From contig NC_009928.1 of the NCBI RefSeq assembly GCF_000018105.1, positions 30,001 to 62,000 on the forward strand: 32,000 bases of DNA, in the 5' to 3' direction. The DNA comes from Acaryochloris marina MBIC11017 (lineage in GTDB: Bacteria > Cyanobacteriota > Cyanobacteriia > Thermosynechococcales > Thermosynechococcaceae). The position numbers and the translations under genes are program-made. Under the pieces are notes generated by a model. The model searched no databases. It worked only from the letters and a program-made list of their open reading frames with translations, and was not told where the DNA came from. Each line of letters begins with the position of its first letter. Position 1 is the first letter of the stretch. This document shows positions 16,301-22,683 of the stretch, piece by piece.

Positions 16301-16911
16301 AAATAGCGACCACCCTCGGAACTGCGGGATCTGATTTGGAATCCGACGATCTGACCGTCAGCATCCATGATGGGGCAAAGGTAACCTGGCCTTGGGGTGT
16401 TGAGAGACTTCCCATCCAGGTTTATTCCTGGCAAGTCATGGGGTAGTTCACCAGAGAGCGGTTGCCACTGTTCGACTGACTTAACTCCCCAGTCTTGGAT
16501 TTGCTCATTGGTGAATCCTCGACGATGCAAGTCTGCCCGATCTGCTGGGTGCAAGGTGAGCTGGTCAAGGAGTTGGCGATATAGCCGATCCCGTTCAATT
16601 GCGGGGAGCGATTGGGCATGGCGTTGAGCCTCAACTTGGGCACGTTGCTCTCTGAGAATTCGTTGCTCTTGCCATCGGCGTTCCCAGTCTTCCTGGCTAA
16701 GGTCTTCCCCGTCATCAAGGACGTATTTACCCCAGAGGCCATCTTTGGATTGGCCGAGGTAGCGATATCCCTCGATCTTGCCTGAAAGGGTCATGCAGAG
16801 ATTGAGGTTGCCTGCCTTTCTACATTTGCCTGTGATATCCCCGCAGAGATCGCAGGGGTTGGAGCGGTTGGTTGCAAGCAATTTACTCGAAATATTTTGA
16901 AAGCTAGACAT
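13387..16911 (-). CDS. Giant Zn-finger / Toprim (DUF3854-like) / P-loop NTPase protein: primase-helicase-type plasmid replication (CyRepA1-like) or DNA-processing protein
   Basis: 1174 aa. The N-terminal Cys cluster is CDLCGDITGKCRKAGNLNLC. Toprim-like acidic motifs are FALVEGTGAK and IEFYPDAGAI. Walker A is QPGTGKSYDS and Walker B is MLIWDEPGQ. An SD (GGGAG) precedes the ATG at 16909-16911. Confidence 0.75.
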   Translation of the reverse strand: MSSFQNISSKLLATNRSNPCDLCGDITGKCRKAGNLNLCMTLSGKIEGYRYLGQSKDGLWGKYVLDDGEDLSQEDWERRWQEQRILREQRAQVEAQRHAQSLPAIERDRLYRQLLDQLTLHPADRADLHRRGFTNEQIQDWGVKSVEQWQPLSGELPHDLPGINLDGKSLNTPRPGYLCPIMDADGQIVGFQIRSRSSEGGRYFWLTGKTRKRPNGPTPHLRNGELPLAIHRPEQITRDAFALVEGTGAKPHLLAQRMGQVTIGAAGGLFAASPETLKATLAQLGITTIEFYPDAGAIQNKSVLRQYRSTWALLKEWGYTVTVAWWKQTDKRIHTDIDELDDLSQIQYLSVADFERIAAQCNGLLHQLQQALSKLTRPSSPAQGFATPNDQQTHPTESRRTKRTAPDEERLATLPATSRRARRSRRRTARLLAAHRRHGYISKLRLENYRSRIRRRTAQSANSRSSSLQSCPGDNGTLSPTTPLVHEYQPGQRLQTWETLISSGFPYILDQSQPGTGKSYDSGNVTPIGFGMEQVIYLSDQHRNPTVSTLEQGNGWCDLEARHGGLNRVKNRLQRSAKGDAFAVPANCSRIGVLNALRDKNIPGADTANLICGTCIAREACINADGPGYGFLNQRRNVLGTPLLRAHPDSLPDPEDYPLENTMLIWDEPGQNFQVKQSVTVTFNDLQQTISGLIAYPEIFALVQPLLSALLPLMDGSEKLGKYGLNHLEMKAKLPDMAGVKLGELTQVLMPNLGFLNTTSDYGVDLADLPKQLRKKFSERDSEMAEQARNGVVKQWLIPLIRILQGGAGCIQVSRYGLLTLNTPNPRHRDLAQAAQANVFLDATLSREDLALKLGCSPDEILVVRQAVPDTGNLEVIQVKDMGRVGMSRGGDQTKRIGALAQHYQDLDAVNTRTIDFKKFEKDGAWWRDSRGVNDFLTVQTLVLVGTPCRNLNDLAAEFAIVCGYYPEEDNPAFTAFIDRSILAEIHQAIGRLRAHRRPHESLQVVLISNIEMDCFVQEVQAKELTLDAAHKTERVEIAIESAILQLQAKGEKVTQQIVSAMTQIPRGTIARYWRLFISLLKGLNSKMNNLCNAPNPNQETHQAIAGVLDELADLPVNDLLPSLNEVFFDWLKPKEWSSVWSEVSASGQMAILEGLAMTLPVKMLERGMPELAA

Positions 16912-17590
16912 GGGCTAGCTCCCATGCCCGTAGCTGGGTGCTGAATAAATGGTTCATTTACGAACTCCCTGAAGTTTCTAGATGTAGCGAAAGGGAGCCG
17001 TGGAAAAGGTTTCAGCAAAGGCTTGCAATGAATTACAAGTTAGGGCTAAAATCTAAGCACGGCAAAACCCAGGTAACCAAATGCGTGGTGTCAAACAAGC
17101 TTCGGTTCCCGCCTTGCAAGTTAATAATGATCAAACCCCCTTCTCGCCAAAGTTGGGGTTTTGTCATTTATAGGGTCATTCTCACCTCCTATTTGTTTAA
17201 GTAATAGACTTTAAATACACTGAAAGCGTTGATCGATCAAGCTTTTAGCGTATTTGTATACCGTATAGACACAGCCCAAGGCGAGTGGGGGACTGTCAAG
17301 ATATATTTTTGAGTTTATTCTCAAGGAGAACTTGCAGATACAGCGAGAGAAATCAAGGATGTCTTGCGCTGGTGTTATAAAGAATGATGAAACTTAAAGT
17401 TGTCTTGGACAAATTCAGATCTGCTATAAGAAGCTGGTATTTGAGACTAGCTTGAAAAGAGATCCTTTAGTTGGTAGTTAGAAAAATGCTTAACGCAATC
17501 TTACCGCAAAACTGATAGGTGATCATTAGCCTTTTCTAAATACAAATATGCTTTCTGCAAAGTTTTTTAACGCATTATCCTCCTTCGAGT

Positions 17591-18664
17591 TTATAGCTTT
17601 TTCACTGGTTGCTTGATTGCGGCCCAAGCAGCGAGAGCGTCTGTGCATCGCTGAGGATCTGGCTCAGCACAGTAACAGGAGCAGAATAAACTCTCCATTA
17701 AGATAAAGAGCAAAGGATCTGCAAGATTGATAACTACTATGGAATCATCGGCATCCGTTGTAGTGGAAAGACAGTTTTCAATAATTTTTCTCAGATTTTT
17801 TAGATCTATATCTTCTCCGTAGAAGGTGTGAAATAGCAGCGTACTTCTAGCTTGTAGCGTTATGGCCTGTGTCCAATCTTCTCTCTGCCGTGGAAAATAT
17901 AGAAGTAATGCTACTTCAGGTGGGAAAAGTTTTAGAAACTTCCTAGATGAACCTTCCCCGCAAAACAAGTAATGAGATTTACCTAGTTTCCAGGTATCCC
18001 CCTCTTTAACTTCTATGGGTTTTCCCTCAAGGGGCTTAGGAGAAACAGGTTGTTTCTTTGCTCGTGAGCGCTTAATAGACTTCTTCTGTTCAGTTTGAGG
18101 TCTATCGCGGATATTTGTTGTGTCCATCTCGAAAATAGTTCCACCTCTTTTCGCCAGGCGTACGGAAGGGTCTAAATCTAGTCCTTCTGCGTCATGGTTT
18201 ATCTGTTCTTCAGGAACGGATAGACTTTTACGGATACGTCCAACAAAACTGTTTGCGACTCCACAACGCCTCGCTATTTCTCGATCACTCCATTTCATCC
18301 ATTCCTTATCACGAAGTAACCTTTTAACAGCCCGATGCTTGTCTGCATTTGTTCTTCGAAGTCCATGCGCTGCATTAGCTCCAACTGCGTATAGGACAGC
18401 ATCTCGCTGTGTTCCGAGACGCACATCAGCAGTTACATCTTTTGATCCTATGGTTTCTCTAGCGCGTACTCTATGGAAACCATCAGCTAACCAATACTCT
18501 TCTCCATCGTAATAGACGATAACTGGAGGGAAAATTGCACCTTGCTTCATGTCTTCAGCATATTCAGCAACCACTTCTTCAAATAATTGAGCGCGAGGTT
18601 GGGTACCGCCATCCATGCAGATTTTTGCTATGTCCACGGACTGAATAGAAGGTTCGGATGGCAT
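17591..18664 (-). CDS. ParB/Srx N-terminal domain protein with central HTH and a degenerate DNA-methyltransferase-like C-terminal region
   Basis: The ParB-N motifs are DGGTQPR and DGEEYWLADGFHRVRA. The HTH-like segment is WSDREIARRCGVANSFVGRIRKS. The C-terminus (GDTWKLGKSHYLFCGEGSS...ALLLYFPRQ) resembles the GD.W.LG.H.L.CGDS...TDPPY entry of ParB-MTase fusions, but the catalytic residues are replaced. The ORF-track start at 18667 is a TTG and the adjacent ATG is at 18662-18664. Confidence 0.8.
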   Translation of the reverse strand: MPSEPSIQSVDIAKICMDGGTQPRAQLFEEVVAEYAEDMKQGAIFPPVIVYYDGEEYWLADGFHRVRARETIGSKDVTADVRLGTQRDAVLYAVGANAAHGLRRTNADKHRAVKRLLRDKEWMKWSDREIARRCGVANSFVGRIRKSLSVPEEQINHDAEGLDLDPSVRLAKRGGTIFEMDTTNIRDRPQTEQKKSIKRSRAKKQPVSPKPLEGKPIEVKEGDTWKLGKSHYLFCGEGSSRKFLKLFPPEVALLLYFPRQREDWTQAITLQARSTLLFHTFYGEDIDLKNLRKIIENCLSTTTDADDSIVVINLADPLLFILMESLFCSCYCAEPDPQRCTDALAAWAAIKQPVKKL

Positions 18665-18696
18665 CAAGAGCTAGTGGTAGACAACAATATATCGCT

Positions 18697-18712
18697 ATCT
18701 AAACATCTAAAC
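18697..18712. repeat. Tandem 8-mer ATCTAAAC x2 (GTTTAGAT x2 on the minus strand), 33 nt upstream of the ParB-like gene start
   Basis: Read directly: atctaaac (18697-18704) and atctaaac (18705-18712). This is the same octamer as the core of the 12305-12340 repeat. Confidence 0.9.
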
Positions 18713-18767
18713 CTTCCTGGCAATAGACAATTGAGAGAATTACAAGTCTTTTATTAAGATATGTTAG

Positions 18768-19229
18768 CTAAAGTGTCCGTATATTTGTTGCAATAGTCTG
18801 TCCTCTCTTCCTTCTAGAGCGATTTGGTGATTGGTCCAAGTATTGTAGAGGCTCACTTTGGCCATCATACAAGATGTTCTCAAAAAATCTGTGTTTTTCT
18901 TCACTGCTATGTATATCACTAGGATTCAAATTGGAACGTGCTGAGTAAAAATTTGCATCGTAACGAGAACCAGGCTGCACCTCAGTCGAAATACTTTGTT
19001 CAGCTACAAACTGCTTAGCCAGAAATCGATGCAATCCATCCGCTAACCAGTAATTATCGCCATCAAAAAAAACAACCACTGGTGGAAACTTAGCCCCTTG
19101 CCTCATTGCCTCAGCAAATTCACCAACAACCTCTTGAATCAGTTGTTGATAAGATTGTATTTCATTATCAAGAGTTATATCTGATAGTTTCAGATTGGTG
19201 AATGAATTATCAACTTTTGAATAGCTCAT
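18768..19229 (-). CDS. Stand-alone ParB/Srx N-terminal domain protein (paralog of the downstream gene)
   Basis: 153 aa. QEVVGEFAEAMRQGAKFPPVVVFFDGDNYWLADGLHRFLA aligns with the neighbouring ParB-like protein, but its GGTQxR motif reads DNEIQSY. An SD (TAGGAG) precedes the ATG. Confidence 0.8.
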   Translation of the reverse strand: MSYSKVDNSFTNLKLSDITLDNEIQSYQQLIQEVVGEFAEAMRQGAKFPPVVVFFDGDNYWLADGLHRFLAKQFVAEQSISTEVQPGSRYDANFYSARSNLNPSDIHSSEEKHRFFENILYDGQSEPLQYLDQSPNRSRRKRGQTIATNIRTL

Positions 19230-19388
19230 TAATTTAAACTCCTAATACAAAAAGATATAAGTTGAAGACTGAAGCATGCAGGGCCTTAATCTCCTGATTG
19301 ATGAATTCTAAAGCTGTATAACTCATTGACATTTAGTAATTCATATCAGATTAAGCTAATAAGGACTCATATGAATGCAGTATGAATA

Positions 19389-19464
19389 AAAGCTTTTAAC
19401 AGCGCAACTAACAACTTGTTAACAAGAACGTTAACAAGTTGTTAGTTGCGCTGTTAAAAGCTTT
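19389..19464. repeat. Perfect inverted repeat: 35-bp arms (19389-19423 / 19430-19464) with a 6-nt spacer AAGAAC
   Basis: All 35 pairs were checked individually. Left arm is AAAGCTTTTAACAGCGCAACTAACAACTTGTTAAC and right arm is GTTAACAAGTTGTTAGTTGCGCTGTTAAAAGCTTT. Pairing stops on both sides (19388/19465 and 19424/19429 are mismatched). Confidence 0.98.
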
Positions 19465-19740
19465 ATGCAGGTAAGTTTATCTTGCTAATGGCGCAGATAT
19501 GCATGGATATAAGCAGATTAAAATAAGACTTGATTACCAACAAAAATAAATGGTTATTTGAATAAATACTATCTCTATAAATGAATAATAGAATAAAAAA
19601 TACTGCATATCACTAATTAGTAATTGCAAAAATACTAATTTAATATATAAAAATGTATTTTCATATAATTGCTAATTGCTAACTATACAACTATTTATAT
19701 GATACTCTTGTATTGAAATTATTGATTTCTATTATGGAGT

Positions 19741-20832
19741 ATGGAAATACCCTATTCTCAACATAGGAATACTTCACCAATGGATAAAGAGTGGGATCTT
19801 CAAAGATTGTACTCTGATTTAGAGATGGTGAATAAACAGAGCTTGTCAAATAGTGCCAAGCAATACTTAGAATACATTTTGTTGGGTCAATCTCCATCGA
19901 ATATTGCTGAAACTTTAAATCCTGAAAGCAGACAATCATCAGGGACTATTAGAACGGTTTTATCAAGAGATGTTTATCCTAGTTTAATTTTATTATTAAA
20001 CCTGCCAGAAGATTATAGAATGCGCTGGAACAAAGTTCCAATGTTGCTAAGTCAGTATAAAATCGCAAAGAGAGAAGCTTGTTCATCATCGCCTTCTTAT
20101 ATTCACTATGAAAAGAATCAGAATAGCTATGTTGGCTCCTGCCAGATCAAGTCAGATATTATAAATGGGCTTCTAAAAAAGTATTTTCTAAAAAAGGGTT
20201 TCACTGAAGATTTTCTCAGCTCTAACACAAAAAGTATGAGTTTTAGAAGTGAGTGGCAAACAATTGTTAATAAGCTTGTGAGTGAAACAAGAGAAACTTT
20301 ACTAGCGATGGTCTTAGATACTGAACTAAAGAAATGGTGGTCATCAATCGCAGGAATGATGTATATGGCAACTAATGTCAATCTACTAAAAAATGGGGTT
20401 AAAATTAAACGAATATTTATATTAAACTCATTAGACTTTAGGATAAGAAATAATGCTATTATGAATGCATATTTGCATGAAAAGATGGGAGTCGAAGTTA
20501 AAATTCTAGACAATATTGATTGCAAAATTAAAATGTTTATCGATGCAGATATGATATCTGTACATGATAAAGAATTGATAGCTTTATATTATCTTTCTGA
20601 AGATTGTGAGATTACGGAACTTCTTTTAGACTATTGTTCTATTTCAGCCTTTAGCTCTTTCTATGATGAATTATTTGATGATGATAGATTGTGTGAAAAT
20701 GTTGATAAAATAATATCAAATAGCAATTTGAGTAGCTCCTTCTTTTCTGATATTGAACATCAAATCAATTACTTAAAGAGAATTAGTTGCTCAACATCTG
20801 TTAAAGAATTTCTTGGTATATTGCCTAATTGA
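19741..20832 (+). CDS. Hypothetical 363-aa protein with an N-terminal LuxR/sigma-r4-like HTH segment and an uncharacterised C-terminal domain
   Basis: LSNSAKQYLEYILLGQSPSNIAETLNPESRQSSGTIRTVLSRDVYPSL follows the L..xE...L.L...G.S..EIA..L......T.R pattern of LuxR-type HTHs (a weak call). The C-terminal ~170 aa (GVKIKRIFILNS...HEKMGVEVKILD...) has no motif I can name. The start could also be the ATG at 19780. Confidence 0.65.
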   Translation: MEIPYSQHRNTSPMDKEWDLQRLYSDLEMVNKQSLSNSAKQYLEYILLGQSPSNIAETLNPESRQSSGTIRTVLSRDVYPSLILLLNLPEDYRMRWNKVPMLLSQYKIAKREACSSSPSYIHYEKNQNSYVGSCQIKSDIINGLLKKYFLKKGFTEDFLSSNTKSMSFRSEWQTIVNKLVSETRETLLAMVLDTELKKWWSSIAGMMYMATNVNLLKNGVKIKRIFILNSLDFRIRNNAIMNAYLHEKMGVEVKILDNIDCKIKMFIDADMISVHDKELIALYYLSEDCEITELLLDYCSISAFSSFYDELFDDDRLCENVDKIISNSNLSSSFFSDIEHQINYLKRISCSTSVKEFLGILPN

Positions 20833-20836
20833 ATAT

Positions 20837-21295
20837 ATGAAAAGTACTGAATTAAAAACAGGAAGAACTTTTGGTGTTACTTTTGAACATCAATCAGATT
20901 TTTTTCAAGAGCTTTCAAGCTTTTGTAAAGAGAATCAAGTACAGCAAGGATATATCCCCATGTTTATTGCTGGATTCTCCGAAGTAGAATTAGTGGGAAC
21001 TTGCAGCAAAATTGATGATGTCAATGCTCCAGTATGGGATAAGGTACACTTAAGCAATGTAGAAGCTTGTGGATGTGGTACTATTGCCTATGATTCTGAC
21101 GAAGATAAAATATCTCCACATATTCATGTTAATACTGGTATAAAAAGTTATTCTGCTTCTGGACATACCAGTCATTTATTAAGTGCTAAGGTTCTTTTTT
21201 TGGTTGAAATGCTTATTGTAGAAGTTCTACAACCTGACATGAGAAGAGTTGTTGATCCAAATTTATATAATATTGGATTACTTCAGTTTATTTAA
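20837..21295 (+). CDS. PPC (DUF296) domain protein
   Basis: 152 aa. GRTFGVTFEHQSDFFQELSSFCKENQVQQGYIPMFIAGFSEVELVG ... HIHVNTG...SGHTSHLLSAKVLFLVEMLIVEV matches the PPC/DUF296 pattern (GR...L..G.D....L..F......A.....G......L ... H.H........GH.......V....E). The ATG at 20837 lies 4 nt after the upstream stop. The ORF-track start at 20813 is a TTG. Confidence 0.7.
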   Translation: MKSTELKTGRTFGVTFEHQSDFFQELSSFCKENQVQQGYIPMFIAGFSEVELVGTCSKIDDVNAPVWDKVHLSNVEACGCGTIAYDSDEDKISPHIHVNTGIKSYSASGHTSHLLSAKVLFLVEMLIVEVLQPDMRRVVDPNLYNIGLLQFI

Positions 21296-21333
21296 TTACC
21301 CTAAAAACTATTCTACTTCTTGGGCTTAATGAA

Positions 21334-22143
21334 ATGAAAGTAGGTTTTATTCAATTCTCACCTATTCTCGGTAAGCCAACTCAAACTTTAGAACGACTAG
21401 AATACTTAATTGATAAAGGTAAACATTCAGATATTCTTGTGCTGCCAGAATTGTGTAATTCTGGATATGCCTTTAATTCTAGGCAACAAGCTCTAAATTC
21501 AAGTGAATCTGTCGCTGATAGTAAATTTATTCGTTTTCTTCACGAAAAGTCAAATAAATATAATCTATATATCGTGTCAGGTTTTTGTGAAAAATCTGAC
21601 AAGGATTTGTATAATTCTTCTTTTCTAGTTGGACCAAATGAATATATAGAAGTTTATAGGAAGTCACATCTTTTTCTGAATGAAAAAGATTTTTTTTCTC
21701 CTGGGAATACAGATTATTCTGTCTATGACATTGGTATCTGTAAAATAGGGATGTTGATTTGTTTTGATTGGGTGTTCCCTGAAGCATGGAGAATCTTAGC
21801 TCTTAAAGGTGCTGATATTATTTGTCATCCCTCTAATATTGTTCTACCTGATTTGTGCCAAAAGACCATACCTGGCCACTCTATATGCAATCGAATGTTC
21901 ATCGTAACAGCTAACCGTATAGGCACTGAGGATAATCTTACGTTTACAGGTAGTTCAATTATTTGTGACCCTAGAGGTAATATTCTGACCCAAGCTTCGG
22001 ATGATCAAGAAGAAGTAATGATTTCAGACATTGATTTGAATTTAGCTAGGGATAAATCAATTACATCTAGGAATCATATCTTTCTTGATAGACGGCCAGA
22101 TAAGTATTTGGATATAGCGAAAGCAATTGAAGAATCAGTATAG
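21334..22143 (+). CDS. Carbon-nitrogen hydrolase (nitrilase superfamily) protein
   Basis: 269 aa. The Glu-Lys-Cys triad sits in its canonical contexts: VLPELCNSGY, VYRKSHLF and GMLICFDWVFPE. Confidence 0.9.
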   Translation: MKVGFIQFSPILGKPTQTLERLEYLIDKGKHSDILVLPELCNSGYAFNSRQQALNSSESVADSKFIRFLHEKSNKYNLYIVSGFCEKSDKDLYNSSFLVGPNEYIEVYRKSHLFLNEKDFFSPGNTDYSVYDIGICKIGMLICFDWVFPEAWRILALKGADIICHPSNIVLPDLCQKTIPGHSICNRMFIVTANRIGTEDNLTFTGSSIICDPRGNILTQASDDQEEVMISDIDLNLARDKSITSRNHIFLDRRPDKYLDIAKAIEESV

Positions 22144-22243
22144 GTAACATCTAGTTTTGATTTCTAATCCGTTATCACTTTATTTGTTGGAACTACTAAA
22201 ATGACCTAAATATCTACCGAAAATTTTGAAATTATTTCCTAGA

Positions 22244-22558
22244 TCAACCTGGACTCTGAATTCGGTTAATCTTCTCGACAATCACGCTAGCTTGCTGTTC
22301 CACATATTCCTCATTACCCAACCTATGAGTCACCTTGTTTATCCTCAGTTGACCTTGCAAAACGAGTTGGTCGCCAGCTTGTAATGCATTGTGTGCTTGC
22401 TCCCCATTCTCTCCCCAATAGATAGCCTTGAGATTTTCCTTGGGGTCTTCTTCCATCAGAGGGTTAATTTCAACAACAAACTCAGCGATCGCACGTCTTT
22501 CCTGGGTATATCGCAGGGATCTCTCTAGGAGTATTCCTTGGAAAGTACAAGTGTTCAT
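22244..22558 (-). CDS. ssb: Single-stranded DNA-binding protein (short cyanobacterial/plasmid type OB-fold SSB)
   Basis: MNTCTFQGILLERSLRYTQERRAIAEFVVEI...LKAIYWGENGEQAHNALQAGDQLVLQGQLRINKV follows the MNSC.L.G.I...P.LRYT.....AE......L.V..WG..A......GD.V...G.L pattern of SSBs. The start is taken at the internal ATG 22556-22558. The ORF-track extension to 22696 overlaps the divergent gene. Confidence 0.7.
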   Translation of the reverse strand: MNTCTFQGILLERSLRYTQERRAIAEFVVEINPLMEEDPKENLKAIYWGENGEQAHNALQAGDQLVLQGQLRINKVTHRLGNEEYVEQQASVIVEKINRIQSPG

Positions 22559-22683
22559 AATTCGTTGATTATAAGCCTGCGCATGGGCTGTGTGACGTTT
22601 TCTGGCAAGAATCCCGAATTTAACCCAAAGACCAACTTCATACCTTAGAATAGCCGCAAGTTTGCACCTAGCGAGGTTTCCCC

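Larger units (their letters stand above)
19230..22243. other. AT-rich islet (hand-sampled 60-nt lines 18-38% GC versus 53-55% in the T4SS operon) carrying a plus-strand three-gene cassette
   Basis: GC was counted by hand on sampled lines (20401: 18%, 21541: 28%, 21001: 38%, versus 6001: 53% and 9001: 55%). The three genes are tightly packed on the strand opposite to the flanking genes. Confidence 0.8.

Noticed and set aside
16227-16742. Other same-strand alternative-frame ORFs inside the Rep-like gene (16227-16415, 16422-16742, 15239-15424)
   Set aside because: Unlike 15459-15851, their translations look random, and the annotated frame there carries recognisable Toprim/P-loop-flanking sequence.
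16938-17204. 88-aa plus-strand ORF in the Rep leader
   Set aside because: It has a GTG start without an SD and a basic, random-looking translation. It spans a hairpin and non-coding-looking sequence. The region is kept as non-coding.
19389-19464. The 35-bp-arm palindrome as a protelomerase (telRL-type) site, retron msd or CRISPR repeat
   Set aside because: The centre is a non-palindromic 6-nt spacer, and I recognised no protelomerase, reverse transcriptase or cas gene in the window. There is only a single copy here. The element is kept as an unexplained structure instead.
19664-19669. TATAAT hexamer upstream of the HTH gene as a -10 promoter box
   Set aside because: The region is about 80% AT, so such matches are expected by chance. 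No acceptable -35 lies at 17-bp spacing. Not reportable without TSS data.
20127-20525. 132-aa minus-strand ORF, and the 82-aa ORF at 19691-19939, antisense to the HTH gene
   Set aside because: These are hydrophobic Leu/Ile/Phe/Ser-rich shadows of a Lys/Glu/Asn-rich AT-rich gene. They have no SD and are fully nested antisense.
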